Of a DNA stretch of 64,000 nt, positions 48,626 through 62,394 are shown piece after piece (position 1 is the first letter of the stretch; each line of letters opens with the position of its first letter). The notes beneath the pieces were generated by a model that saw only the letters and a list, made by a program, of their open reading frames with translations, was not told the origin of the DNA and made no database searches. This DNA is from the human T2T-CHM13v2.0 reference genome, Homo sapiens, in NCBI RefSeq assembly GCF_009914755.1, contig NC_060936.1; one strand, 5' to 3'. The position numbers and the translations under genes are program-made.

Positions 48626-49569
48626 GAAAGATTTAAATCATATTCCAGTCTTATATCTATTCTTATGGGGACTCAGGAATAAGCTTAAATAGAAAGGTAA
48701 TTTGATCAAATTTATGTTTTCACAAGATCCTTCTCATTCTTTGCGAATATTAGATTAGAAAGTGAAAGTTCTGGAGATAAGAAGACATATAAAAATGTAA
48801 TAATAATGTTCAAAATTGTAGGGTAAACTTGGAAAATTAAACTGGGGACAATGAGATACATTTAGGAACTAGAATCAAGAGGAAATGATGATAAATTAAA
48901 TGCATGTTGAGAGAGGAAGGGAGGCATCAGGTATGATGCCCAAGTTTATGGTTAGTAAACGTATGCATAGTGGTGATAATGATGATGTTGGTAATGAAAC
49001 AGCTAAAACTTATTCAATATCTACTATATACAAGGAACTACATTATTTAATTCATAAAAACATGAAAATGTATTATTATATCCCCACTTTATTGGTGAGA
49101 AATCTGAAGCATGAGTTAAAAAATTCAGAATTAGTGAAGTACAAAACAAATTTTCAGAAAAAAATGATTATTATTATCATTTATATTATTGATATTATTA
49201 TTCAAGTGTGTCTGGAGTTGGAAAATAAAATTATTGAAGGAATCCTTTCATGACAATAATTATTTTTTCTTTGTGTTGTGAGAGGCAATGTCACACCCTG
49301 ACAGGGAGTTAGGATTAGGTAAGAAATGCTTGAAAGTGGAGAAAATTGGATATCTATTATCAAGAGAGGGAAAAAACCTGATTATAAATAAACAAAGGCA
49401 CTGAAAAGTAGCACCAAGAGCCCACCAGGCCAGTCTTTGTGAATTTTTAAAAAATTAATTAGATTTCTTCTACAGATGTCAGTAGACCTATGGTAGAAAC
49501 AGAGAAAATGAGGGGATGCTTTTATCCGAGGTTGAGACAGCTCCTGGTGAGACCTCAGAGGTTGAGACA

Positions 49570-49854
49570 GCTCCTGGTGAGACCTCAGAGAGATTTTTGA
49601 TCATGGAAGAAGGTGAAAGGGGAGCAGGCATGTCAGATGACAAAAGTAGAAGCAAAAGAGAGAGAGTGAGGTGGGAGGTGCCATACACTTTTAAATGACC
49701 ATATCTCATAAGAACTCACTATCATGAAGACAGCACCAAGCCATAGGGTATCCACTCCTGTGATCAAAACATTTCCCACCAGGTCCTACCTCCAGCATTG
49801 AAGATTAAAATTTAACATGAGATTTAGGTGGGACCGAATATCCAAACTATGTCA
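49570..49854 (-). mobile_element. Partial MST-family MaLR LTR
   Basis: ctcctggtgagacctcagagag...atcatggaagaaggtgaaaggggagcaggc...atccaaactatgtca. Confidence 0.8.
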
Positions 49855-51496
49855 GCCAGCAAACAAAATTAATCAGCTAGAGTTCTTTGACCTCCAACAC
49901 TCTCTGGCCTGGAGCTTATTCCTTTCTTTCTTTTAAAACTCAAAGAGATTAATAAAGACTAAAGATTATGATCCTTCTGTAATATACATTATCAGACAGA
50001 GTAACCAATACTCAGCCTTTATCACCCTGAAATATGGAACATGGACTTACAAGCATGAGACATACGTGGGTTTATATACTGAGACATTAAAACATTTTGA
50101 AACTCTAAATGTATACTTTTCAAAGCAGATGAAGTAATAATTTAAAATAGGTGTGATAAATATGCTTAAAGACATAAGAAAACATATTAACAATTGGAAA
50201 TAAGAAAAAATTAATTAGTAAAAGTTAGAAAAAATATTAAAAATAAATATTAAGAAGAAAGGTTATAGAATGATAAAATAGTGTCTCAGATTGTGTTCTC
50301 CAGGAAGAAGACAATGAAATGGAGGTAGGAGTGCAAAAGGTTTATTAAAGAGTAACAAGTGTGAAAGTGTAAGGGAAAGAAGCAAAATTGCACAGGGGGA
50401 GCCATCAGACCATGCAACAGACATGACTATGGTCTCTGTCAGTCCACTGAGGAGCTTGTAGATAAACACTGGCCATGTGAGAAATACCACTTCAGATGGA
50501 AATATTTAAGTCCTTAGGCCACAGCCTTTCTTTGTTATAGGCTAGAGACAGCTCCAACGAGAGCAAGCCCGATAGCTGAGACCTATTCTAAATAAATTAA
50601 TAGCTAGGGGCTCTCAGATAACCCCACTCTTCAGTTCTTTGCAAGTATCACTCATTGTTTTCTGACAGTGTGGCAATTGAAGACTAACATCAGTCAAGAC
50701 TCTGGTTCCATTTTGATGATTTTTGCTTTTACCTGGAAGCTTTTATAATTGTTTCAGATTGATATCTTAAATTTCATGAAAATATGTTAAAGTACATATT
50801 TATGGTTGTCAATCTTCAATTTGATGTATTATAAAACATTTCAATATAAGGTCTTTCATGTTATATTGTTGGAACATTTTCTTCATTATTTCTTCAAATA
50901 TTTTCTCTCCTCTCTTCAAGATGTCTCCCTCACATAGTTGGCAAGTTGGAAGCAGGTGTTGTCAGTGAGCTCAACTTGGGTTGTTAGCTGGGCATTGATT
51001 CTTCTTCACATGGGCTGTTGGAACCTGCTCATTGTATCACTGGGAGCAATGTGGGTTCCAGAAATGTGGAATAATTATGCCAGCCATCTTAAAGTTCAAA
51101 GTGAGAACTGGCTTAGGTTACCTTCCATCAATTTGAATGCTATTAGTCAAAGGAATGAAAAACCCAACCTCAGTGCAAGGGGTTGCACTTCACATCTCTG
51201 TTATGAACTGCTTTTATTTTGTGTGACTTAGATTGGGTAAAATAAATGATTGGGTAGGAGACAGAATATATATTTTACTTACATAATACATTTTAGATTT
51301 TGGTCAACTATTATTTTGCCTTAACAATGTAAGTAACAGAAATGTCAAATACAAATATCTTTTTTGGTTCATTTCCCTGAATCTTCTGGCAACTACTTCC
51401 TTCAGTTGTTCTTACTATCTGATGAATATCTATTCCTAGGCTAAATTGACAGAATTTTATTTATTTATTCTTTTTCTTTCACAAGTGAGAGGAATT

Positions 51497-51566
51497 AGAT
51501 AGACAGACAGATAGATAATAGATATAGATTAGATAGATAGATGATAGACAGATGATAGATAGATAG
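51497..51566. repeat. (GATA)n/(GACA)n microsatellite
   Basis: Directly visible. Confidence 0.9.
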
Positions 51567-51717
51567 GTGTTCAGTCGCATGTTCAGGTAAAATGATATTC
51601 TACTCTTGTATTTTTGACTCATCTTTCACAAATAACTGGAGTAGGAGCCTAATACTTTTTTCTTCTCGCCAAATGAGTGTAATGTTGAAATGAAAGGATC
51701 AAGAAGCATTTAATATT

Positions 51718-51718
51718 T

Positions 51719-51761
<43 letters not shown>

Positions 51762-51957
51762 TATTTATTGAGATAGGGTCTCACTCCCATCACCAGCACT
51801 GGAGTGCAGTGGTACCATTATGGCTTACTGCAGCCTCAACTTTCAGGACTCAGGTGATTCTGCCATAGGCTGGTGTTGAACTCCTGGGATCAAGCTATCC
51901 GCCTCTCTGAGTCTTCCAAAATGCTGAGATTACAGGTGTGAGCCACTGAGCCTGGCA
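51718..51957 (-). mobile_element. Internally deleted AluJ with a (TTTA)n tail
   Basis: gagatagggtctcactc...tggagtgcagtgg...gattacaggtgtgagccact. Confidence 0.85.
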
Positions 51958-53071
51958 TCGTTTAATATTTTGACATAGCTTTAGTTTTGAAATGGTTTAT
52001 TTCCACCTGATTCAAGCATTCACTCTTCCTTACTTGTTCTGTTCTCCTTTAGTCCACTGATTGAACTCACTAGTGAAAACTATTTCTCAGTTGGTGTATA
52101 AAAAGAAAGCTTATTTATTTATTTTTATTTCTTCAACTTATTTCTTCAAGTTGAAGAAAGATTCTCCGTGAGACGATTTTAATGTTTTAGATTATTTTGC
52201 TTTATGTTTTTATGAAAAATGACTGGATATGTTTATTTATGGGGTGACACAGTGAAATTGTGACATGACTTTTTCCTCCAAACAAGCTACTAATATATCT
52301 TACATCTCATTTCAGTATGTTTATATTTTATTGCAAAAAAGTTTTAAAAGATGCAAATGTGTGCCATATGCTTCTTTCCCATTCAGAAATACAATTTCAT
52401 TTTATTACTAACTTTCAAATGAGCTCATCATCTTTCCTTACACAAAGTGATAGGAAAAAGTCTTTTCTGAGATTAGAGTTGATTCTACAAAGGGCACTCT
52501 ATTTCCTAATCTGATGTGAGAAGCAAATTATTAAATACTCAAAATATGTGGATATGTAGCTATTTGGATGGTACATTAAATATGTACATAATCATACACT
52601 GTTCTCTGCTTTCTTTGATGTCATGCATACATTTTTTTCTCTAACAGTCCTCCATAAAATGCAAATGTTTCCCATTATAAAGCAACTGTTCTTTCCTTCT
52701 TTCAGAGAATATCTTCTTTTGTATCATTCACTTATATATAAAGTAAAAGTAAAAAGCAGCTACTTTCACATATATGAAAGTAAATAACAAGGATAAATGT
52801 CTCTCCCACTTGAGTCAACTGATTGTTATAATTGTAGTTCATTTGTTCATAAATAACTACGGATGATTTATAAAATTAAAAATATATTTACTCACTTCTG
52901 GAAATGGGATATTTCTAAAAACATTAATAGCATAATAAATCAGATAGCTTCTCTAAATATATGTGTAATTGGATGCAGAAATGATAGGATTTCTATCTTA
53001 TGTATGACTATAAAAAGAAATATTTAGATAAAAATATTGTTTAAAATAATTTTCATTTGTAATATTTACAT

Positions 53072-53100
53072 ATGTATGTGTGTTTGTGTATATGTATGTG

Positions 53101-53162
<62 letters not shown>
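53072..53162. repeat. (TG)-(TA)n compound microsatellite
   Basis: About 26 perfect TA units at 53109-53162. Confidence 0.95.
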
Positions 53163-53168
<6 letters not shown>

Positions 53169-53947
53169 TCTGGATGCTTCTAACCAATTCCAATACTGAA
53201 AATTAGAAAATATACAGTTTTAGGCTATAAAATACCAAGTAATATTTATGTTTATTGACTACTTTTCTTATGAACTGTGATTTCATTTACACTTTTCACT
53301 ATATTAAAAGAAAAACTTAAAATGTAGCCAATTTTGTAGTCAATGGAACAAAATCTTTGTGCAGTTGCTCCGCCTATATACAGAATTGAATAATTTATGT
53401 ATTGTACCTCCTTTGGTTCTTGCTCAACCAACAGACTCTTAAGTGATGTGTATTAAACAGGTCCCCTTTACTCAGCACTATGCAATGGAGGATACTAAAG
53501 AAGACACTGTTTCTGTCTTTAGAGAGCTTATCATTTAATGGGGAAGAAAAGAAACAAAAAGTAATGAGAAAGCACTTTAAGTGCTCAGGAATTTGGTGCT
53601 TAATATAAATACACTAGCAATTCAGAAAAAAGAAAGATTGATGTGGATCAGGAGTATAAGAGTCAGTCAAGGGCACAAAAGATATTGTGTTGAACTTACT
53701 ACTCTTACCTTTATTTCTCTTATCTCCTTATCCTATTCACATTATGTCCATTCTTCATTATCAAAATCAACTCAGAGTTCTTATTTGAAATCAATCTGGA
53801 TTAGGTCTCTCCACTTCTCTTATCTGAGCTCCTGTTTTACTAACCATGTTTGTATTTATTGCCACATATATGATCATTTCCTGTATGAAAAATTATTTTA
53901 TTTACATATGTGTTTTAGCACATATCCTCAGTAATTTTCAGAAAGTC

Positions 53948-54220
53948 TTTTTCTTTTTTTTCTTTTGAGGCAGGGTCTAACTCTGTCACCTAGGTTGGAG
54001 TGCAGTGGCACAATCTCAGCTCACGGCAACCTCTGCCGCAGACTCCCAAGTAGCTGGGATTACAGGTATGCACCACCACACTAGGCTAATTTTTGTACTA
54101 TTTTGTAGAGACAGGGTTTCACCGTGTGACTCAGTTTGGTCTCAAACTCCTGGGTGCAAGTGATCCTCCTGCTTGGGCCTCCCAAAGTGCCAGAATTACA
54201 GGCGTGAGCCACTGCGCCCT
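53948..54220 (-). mobile_element. AluJ-like SINE with a small deletion
   Basis: gaggcagggtctaactctgtcacc...attacaggcgtgagccactgcgccc. Confidence 0.9.
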
Positions 54221-55043
54221 ATCTAACCTTCATATGTTAAAGATGGTTCTACATTTTATATTTCTCCATTGCCCCCCAGGAAGTTTGTGTCTATTTACAC
54301 TTCCACCAACCAGTGACTATTTTCCATTTACTATTTCTTATATATTTGTCAATAGTGGGAAGGAAGCATGATTAATCCTTGCTGATTTTAAAGAAAAATA
54401 ATACTTAGTTTTTGAAATTATTTGATTATTAGTAAGGTTAAATATTCAGCCAATATGCTTATTAGTGTTTTCACTTTGTAGAAGACTCTTTTTGTGTATT
54501 TCACATACTTTTTACTCAGTGTGCATGTCTTTTCCTTAAAATTCAAATATATTTAATTAATGTGTTCCTATAATTCCTTAGTTTTTTAGTTTAATAATAA
54601 TTGGTCTCTTAAAATTTAACCTTCTGCTAACATTCATGTAGTTTTAATTGTATTCCCAGGGGGAAAAAAAGCACTGTTTTTTTAAGGTATGCTTTTACTT
54701 TTCTTATCTTTCTTGATAGTATAACTATGTAATCAATGAGCATATATTAGATGCTGGACAAATATTTCTTGAACAAATATTGGAAATCAATGATCCTGTT
54801 TACTGATTACATCAGCTAGCTAAAGGTCACATTTAATTGAATTTAAGTCTTTTTCCTATTGTTTTATGGAAATCTTGACCTAAGGAGTAAAAAATATTTT
54901 CAGTCATCTTGGGACAATCGCAATTGATAAAATATACTGAGTTATTTATTTTCATAACTCAAAAATTAGTCATTATTAAATAAAAATTGACATTTTCTGT
55001 ACAAACAGAAGAATAAAAATTAGATAACAATTTGCATACATGG

Positions 55044-55495
55044 TGTGGTGGTTTTTAAATATGTTTTCAAATTCAGGTAGAATCAAGGTTTCCTCCCCTT
55101 GAACTAGGGCTGGTCTTTATGACTGCTTCAAGGAATAGGATGTGATGGAAGTGATACTGTGTGACTTCCAAGGACGGATTTTTTAAAAGCCATGCAGCTT
55201 CAATCAATTTCTCTTGGAACATTTGTTCTGACTGCCTTCAGCCTTCATGTAAAAAGTGTGACTACATGGTGAGAGAGAGACCTACATTTTAAGTGTCAGA
55301 TATGTCAGTGAAGAATACTTAGAAATGACTCCCGCCTCAGACTTTATCTGACTACAATCCGGTGAGAGACCCCACATGAGAAATGCCCACAGCCCAGGCA
55401 AGCCACAGAATTGACAGCAAAAGAAGTACTCACATGAGGTGTTTAAGGTACTCACATGAGGTGTTTTTTTCCCCTAGTAATAGGTAATCAAACAC
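55044..55495 (+). mobile_element. MLT1-type MaLR LTR
   Basis: tgtggtggtttttaaatatg...gatggaagtgatactgtgtgacttcca...gtgagagacccca. Confidence 0.65.
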
Positions 55496-55801
55496 ATGGC
55501 AAATGGCTTCCTAAGATGAAACAATTTAAGTGTTGCCATTGTGTATTCTACTGAAATGTCTATGTCTGAAGGATCAAAAGCCATCTTACGACATATTGTT
55601 TTACTTGTATCAAAAGTAACTAAAAAGTAGACTTATACCCAATTCTGGAGTAAGGTGGGGAAAATTAAACCAACTGTACTTCAATTAAGCTTTTAAAGTT
55701 TTATAATTTATACTAAATTGTCGAAAGTAACTACCATCTATACTTTTGTCATATTTTAAATATTCGGTCTCTTTCAAATGAGAATTTCATTTGAAGTAAA
55801 T

Positions 55802-56137
55802 ACAGTTGGCTCTCTCTATTTATGGGATCAGCATCTGTGTATTCAATCAACTGCAGATTGAAAATATTCAGAAAAAAGTATTCACAAAGTTTCAGAAGCA
55901 AAACTTGAATTTTCTGTGAACTGAGTACTACAATGTATCCACACAAATGAAGAGATGTGTATGCATTGTGTTAGATATTATGAGTAATTTAGGGATGATT
56001 TAAAGTCTGTGTAATGATATGTGTTGTTTACATGGAAATAATACACCACTTTAAATGAGAGACTTGAGCATCCATGAATTTGGGTCTCCATTGGAAGTCC
56101 TGAAACTAATCCTCCCATAAATACTGAGGGATGACTA
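55802..56137. mobile_element. MER2-type TcMar-Tigger MITE
   Basis: TA-cagttggctctct ... actgagggatgacta-TA terminal inverted repeats. Confidence 0.85.
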
Positions 56138-56888
56138 TATATAGAAATAGGCATATTCATTCAGAAAGGAAATAGAAAACTAATTGTCAAGAGCTAAAAC
56201 CACATTCAGTACAAATGAATGTTCTTTGAATCAAATTTATATAGAAATAAAAATAAAACTGTAGTTAACTAATTTTTTAATTATAAAAAGCCTTTGTCTT
56301 TCTTTTCTGTAACATATATATATATACATAAAGATGGGAATAGAAAATAAACACAGCAGAATTCAAGTATACCACATATTCCAGGCTTGGGTGTAACAAG
56401 GTAAAAATATCAACTAAAAAAATCAGTAATTACTTTGAGTTTTTCCTAGTTTCTCCCATTCTCCTGATGTGTAAAATTGATCATGGTTTAGGATTTAGTT
56501 TATATGTGGCTTTTCTCCTATTACTGTACAGTTCCTGACCACACAGGCCAAAGAGGCTTATAAGTGTTTGCTAAAGAATGCTTTCCTGTACTCTACAGTC
56601 ACATTTAATCTGGCATACAAATATGTCCTTATGTACAGCAGCATAAATGAAGAAGTAATGGAAGATATTTATAATTAATGTTCTTTGCTTTGCTTAGTTA
56701 ATCTTACAATGAATCCATTGTCAATTATAACTGACTGCAGAAAGAATTACAGTCAGGGAACTTTAAAAAAAAAAGAAACAAAGTGAGCATTTACTTTTCT
56801 TTATCCCTTTTCTCCTTATTACATGTACTTTTAATCAGTTTCTCTGTAATGAGAACATTTAAAGGTTGAATTAGAGTTTATGAACCTA

Positions 56889-57278
<390 letters not shown>

Positions 57279-59945
57279 CTTTTTTAGAAAAGTATAAGTG
57301 CAAAATATAAAAAGAATCATTTTAAGTAATAACCAGTAAAAGGAGATAAATTTGAAGATGAAAACAACATTTTGTGGAATTTTTTCGTCCTCCAATTTTC
57401 ATCTCTTTCATGAATTCAAAACAACATGATCAAAACCATTGTCTACATCTGTCACACCAGGCACACTACTGTCTCTTCAGATGCAGGTTCTTTATTCCTC
57501 ACTAAATGATCTTCATACATTCTTGTTGCTAAGAAATCACAAAGAAACTCACATGCTTTCTCTCTAGGCCAAACAGCTCTTTGCTGTTTCTCTAAATCCT
57601 GCATTTCAAATTCCAAGCCATGCAATCCTAAAATATTATACTCCTTTTGATTATGCCATTTAATTAGGCCTTGCATAGATAATTTTATATTTTATGAGAA
57701 CTTTCTAGGCTTTGGTTTTTTCATTGGTAAAATGAAAATAAGACAAAGGATTTTAATGAAAACATAGTACTTATATAGTATATAAATATAGTAAGTTCTA
57801 TATCAATGTTATTTTTAACATAATATTAATCTTGTATAGCCATTTATATTTTAAGTATATGTCCTCCTTCAGCAAATATGTCATTGAATTTTGTTGTGTT
57901 TCCAGCATATTTCTCATGAAATATGTTCAATAATAATTTACTGTCATTTTCCATGTCCAATTATATGTTCCCTATTTTTAAGGGATCTATTTGGTTCTAT
58001 TTTGAGCTTTGTCTCTCTTATCTCTCTGTATTATACCAAGGAACTATGATACAAAAGATCATCAAGCTGAATCTCAAAGTTGCACTCCAGCTATATAATA
58101 ACCAACAAAGCAATTTCCTTCGCATCTAATTTTGTCTCCGTGTCTACAATCATGTCTTATTGTTCAGACTTTTACATGCTCAATTCTAGAATAAGCAAAA
58201 TCTCACAAATTAATGTTAGCTCCACAGAATTCTAGTTTAATCATTTGTAGCTAAATTCAGACTATAAGCGTGTATTACCTTTTTCTTCTTAGAAGGAGAA
58301 CTGGTAATTGATGTGGGGCCAAACAGCACAGTACAGCAGAAAGGATCTAAATTTGGGAATTATACTGAGGTATGTTATTTTTTCATATATAGCTTTTTTG
58401 TCATGTAACCTCAGGAGAAGTACTCAGACTCTTTGAGTCTTATTTAACACATTATTGTAATAAAATATTTCAAATTTGATCATTATTGTGAATACTACTG
58501 TGCTAAAGGATTTTTAATGGTATCTGAAAAAACCTAGGCTCCCAAGATATGCATGAGTTCCCTTTCTTCACCTGGGTAGCTATTACAAAAACACATTGGC
58601 ATTGCTTGTAATGGAATTTCTGCTTTTCTGGAATACAATAGGCCCAAGGAGATTTACGTAGTGCTAAGTAACCAGATATGAAAATAATTGAATTGCTTTC
58701 ATTCCATCTTCTTTCTAGGTACCTAGAAAGCAAGCAGAATACTCTTAGCCAAGAAAACAATATGTACTCATGTTACTACATGAGTACATAAGGAACATGG
58801 TCTAGAATTGGAAATAAACTCATGAACACCACACACAGTGTTAAAGCCAGCCCAAATAAATATAGAATAGTTAAAAAACTAAAATCATATTTTTTTCAGA
58901 GTCATTACAATTTCCAACTTTTGTGTGACTGTATATTTTTAATCATAATGTAGTTTTTTTCAATATGAAAGAAGATATATAGAAAGACTATTTGCTGAAC
59001 TTGTTCCAATACTTTAATTTCAAAATAAGTCTAGGTATTTTAAATGGTTATATAAAATTGAAAACATTTATATTATGTCTCAGAAATGTTCATAGCCTTG
59101 GAGGCAACTTATTTGTTTTCTTAATATGAGAAAATGCTCAAGTAAATTATGCTTTAAGTATTTGTGTACAAACAATAAGATCATATCTGGGACCCCAGTC
59201 AAATTTCTTTGGCTACAGATATTCATTCAAGATAGTTTGGATGTTAGTGACTCATGCTTTATTGCTTTTTAAATGGTTACTTAATATAAGCTGCTTTCAA
59301 TGTTTCTTGAATTCCCTATCTTCTTTACAGCTTAATCTTTATGTTTTATCAAGCATGTATATAAAATACTGGTTATCCAAGGATTACTTTACAAAATATA
59401 TAAATTGTATACTTTAAAACTTTTACTTTTAAAACTTAAGAAAGTTTATGTGTGTACACTTTTCTTAGAAAATGTGTATGTTATCTTTTAGAGCAATTTA
59501 TCAATAAATTAATTTCCTTTTTATACAGATTCAGACCTGTTAAATACCATAGATTGTCTTTATTATTTAAGGATTATTAAATAGTAAATATGATTAAGTA
59601 TAAAATTTTCTTCAGACTCTATTCCTGACTACATGAGGAGGAGAAAGGGAAATTTGGAACCTGAATTCTGAATCTTCTTATAATTCCACTCTTCATTTCA
59701 TTTTGTCTTATTTAGTATTGACATTATATTATCTCAAATCAGTTTAATCATAAAATTAATGTGGAAAAATATTGAATAGCTCCTCATTAGCAAATAAAAC
59801 CAATTATTTATCCCAAGCCAGACTTGCCACAGAAAAAGTAATGGCTAGGTTGGTTCATATCCCTAAATAAAGATTTTCAATTTCCTTCATGCCTGGTATA
59901 GTAGTATGTCTAATCAATTTTTAAGAACATAAAAGACAAACGCTG

Positions 59946-60275
59946 GGAGCTATACACTGAATGTTTGTGTCCCCCCAAATTTCATATGCTGAAATTCTAA
60001 ACCTCAAGGTGACGGTGTCAGAAGGTAGGGCCTTTGAAGGTAATTAGTGCTTTTATGAAAAGAACCCCAGAGCTCCCTTGTCACTTGTATGATGTGAGGT
60101 TACAGTGAGAAAATTATAGCCTATAAGCCAGAAAATCGGCCCTCCCCTGACACGGAGTCTGTCAGTGCCTTAATCTTGGATTCCAGCCTCCACAACTGTG
60201 AGAAACACATTTCTGTCACTTAATAGTTACCCAGTCTGTGATATTTTGTTATAACAGCCTGAATGGACTAAGATA
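59946..60275 (+). mobile_element. MLT1A-type MaLR solo LTR
   Basis: ctgaatgtttgtgtccccccaaatttcatatgctgaa...ttttgttataacagcctgaatggactaaga. Confidence 0.85.
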
Positions 60276-62394
60276 ACAGGAAATTTTGTGTGAAATAAAG
60301 GGGCTACTATTTGTAAAATAAAATAAAGTGAGCCTGGCACACATAGTGTTACATGTTTCGAGATTAAAAGTAAAATATCTCTTCAAATAGATGATGATCA
60401 CTACTTTCCAGACAGTAAAGATAATTATTAAAAATTACTTAAAATTTTTTTTGATTAATACTTTAGAGGTCCCTGGGACAGGGCGATTATGCTCTTGACT
60501 GCAATTATTTCTTTACTAGGGACTTATCTGTCAGCAGCCATAGCTGAAGTGGGCAATTACCCCCATTAACCTCCACCAATGTTTATCAGTATTGTTGTGC
60601 TAAAACATGGTTGAGGAATCCATTCAACTAAATATAAATATACATGGTCATCAATTTGACAGTTTATTTACAGATAAAAGTAATATTTTACAGACTTTTC
60701 TTAATCCTTTAAATCATTTTTAACAAATCTTATTTATAAAATGAATAAATTATTACAGGCAAATTTAAAGCCCCTTCCAATATTATGGATGTGACACATG
60801 TGCAAGTTCATTTTTTCCCACAGTGTTCCTTATGTCACTAATTACAGAAAATATTGCCTTTTTCTACTACTCATACTATGATGCGATACTCTTTCCACCA
60901 AGTAATTGATGGGACAATTTGTTTTAGAGATCTAGTGTAGACATATAGTAATTGCTGCCTGTTTCTAGATGATAAGTTCCATGAAGCTCCATGCCTATAT
61001 TGCTCACCATAGTATTCTCAGTGCTTATTACACTGCCTAGCACATAACCAGAGCACACCAAATATGTGACAAATGAATTAATGAATATTTTCCCTGTTCT
61101 CACCTGCGACTCAAATTTTCCAAAGAAATCTTTGTTTCCCTGGGAGTTAGAAAAAATATTTTCTTTCACTAATCATTGTCATTTAATTTTTAGTCCACTT
61201 TAGTAATGTTCAGTCCCCAAAGCCATCTTTCTCCCTTGTCTTATGTATTTCCCTAAAGACCTGCCTTTTGATAGGTAATCAGTGCCTGTCTCTAATCACT
61301 TTATATCTCTAAACTCTAATTCTCTTTTTTATTGGCAACTCTCATTTATTAGCGACAACAATAGAGAGGAGGAGACAAATACATTAAATTGACATATAAA
61401 TTACAGATATACAATTTAAACGATTGTTTGAATCAAAAATCTTGAGATTCCCATATTTTGCCATTCATCTTGTTAGAAGTGTGACTGAGAAAGGAAAGGA
61501 TAAGAAGCCTGACATAAAGAGTTTACAGAAATATTGAGAGGTTGACTTTGATTATGATGTTAAGATGATCTTGACATTTTTGTTCACTCATGCATTTTCA
61601 TCTATGTCTCATGTAACATTGTGGGAATTACAGTGGTTGATTATCAAAAACACGTAGATGCTCCATATGGACAGTGATGCAAATAGTCTGTGTGGAGCTA
61701 AACCATCACACATGACTGAAACCTTGGCAATAAATGGGGGAAGATGAATACCATAAGACAATGGGATTACTTGTCACTGAGAAAAGTGTTATCAAAACTA
61801 AACATACCAAAACGTTATATGTTCTAATTATTTTTGTTAGATTTTCCATTTGTCAAAAATGAGGAGTACTAATCAGTAGTGCTATGGAAACAAGACACTA
61901 ACAGTTATAGTCCGGAAGAAGAGATGATAACATCTGTCCCTAAAAAGAGGTAAATTCATTTTAAAATGACTGCTTACGATTATTACTTGTTATGGTTTTG
62001 ATTAATTTATCAAAGAGCTCAGATGATGTTATAACACCTGCTACCAGAATTCCTCTCAGGGCAGGATAATCTTGGTTTGCCGAAATACTTTTTTAGCCAC
62101 TTGGGAGAGAAGTTGAAATTTGAAGAGCATTGTCTTGGTAGAAATCTCTTAAAGAATACAATGATTAAACTGGCTTGCAGGAGAAATCCAGAAGAAGTTT
62201 ATTTTCTTCCTGTGAAGGAATGAGAGAAAAATTAAAAGTAATGTAGAAAAAAGAAAGGGATAATAAAGGAACTAGATATATGGAATGGGTTAAGAGAAAT
62301 ACAGAGAAAGCCCATTGAAAAAACAAGGTGGTGTAATAGAAAAAACTTTATTTTAAGCAAAGACGCATATAATTTTTAAGATTCTGTTTTGGGC

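Noticed and set aside
55426-55466. 22-bp direct repeat gtactcacatgaggtgttt, and other short repeats, as a CRISPR-like array
   Set aside because: Only two adjacent copies with no spacers, in eukaryotic LTR DNA; a simple slippage duplication.
58293-58369. Possible cassette exon (ttttcttcttag ... GAG/gtatgt)
   Set aside because: Splice-like signals occur often by chance, the stretch overlaps a MIR-like remnant, and there is no partner exon or recognisable peptide.
61665-61685. Iron-responsive-element-like CAGTGA loop
   Set aside because: The five flanking bases (atgga/tgcaa) do not form the required upper stem.
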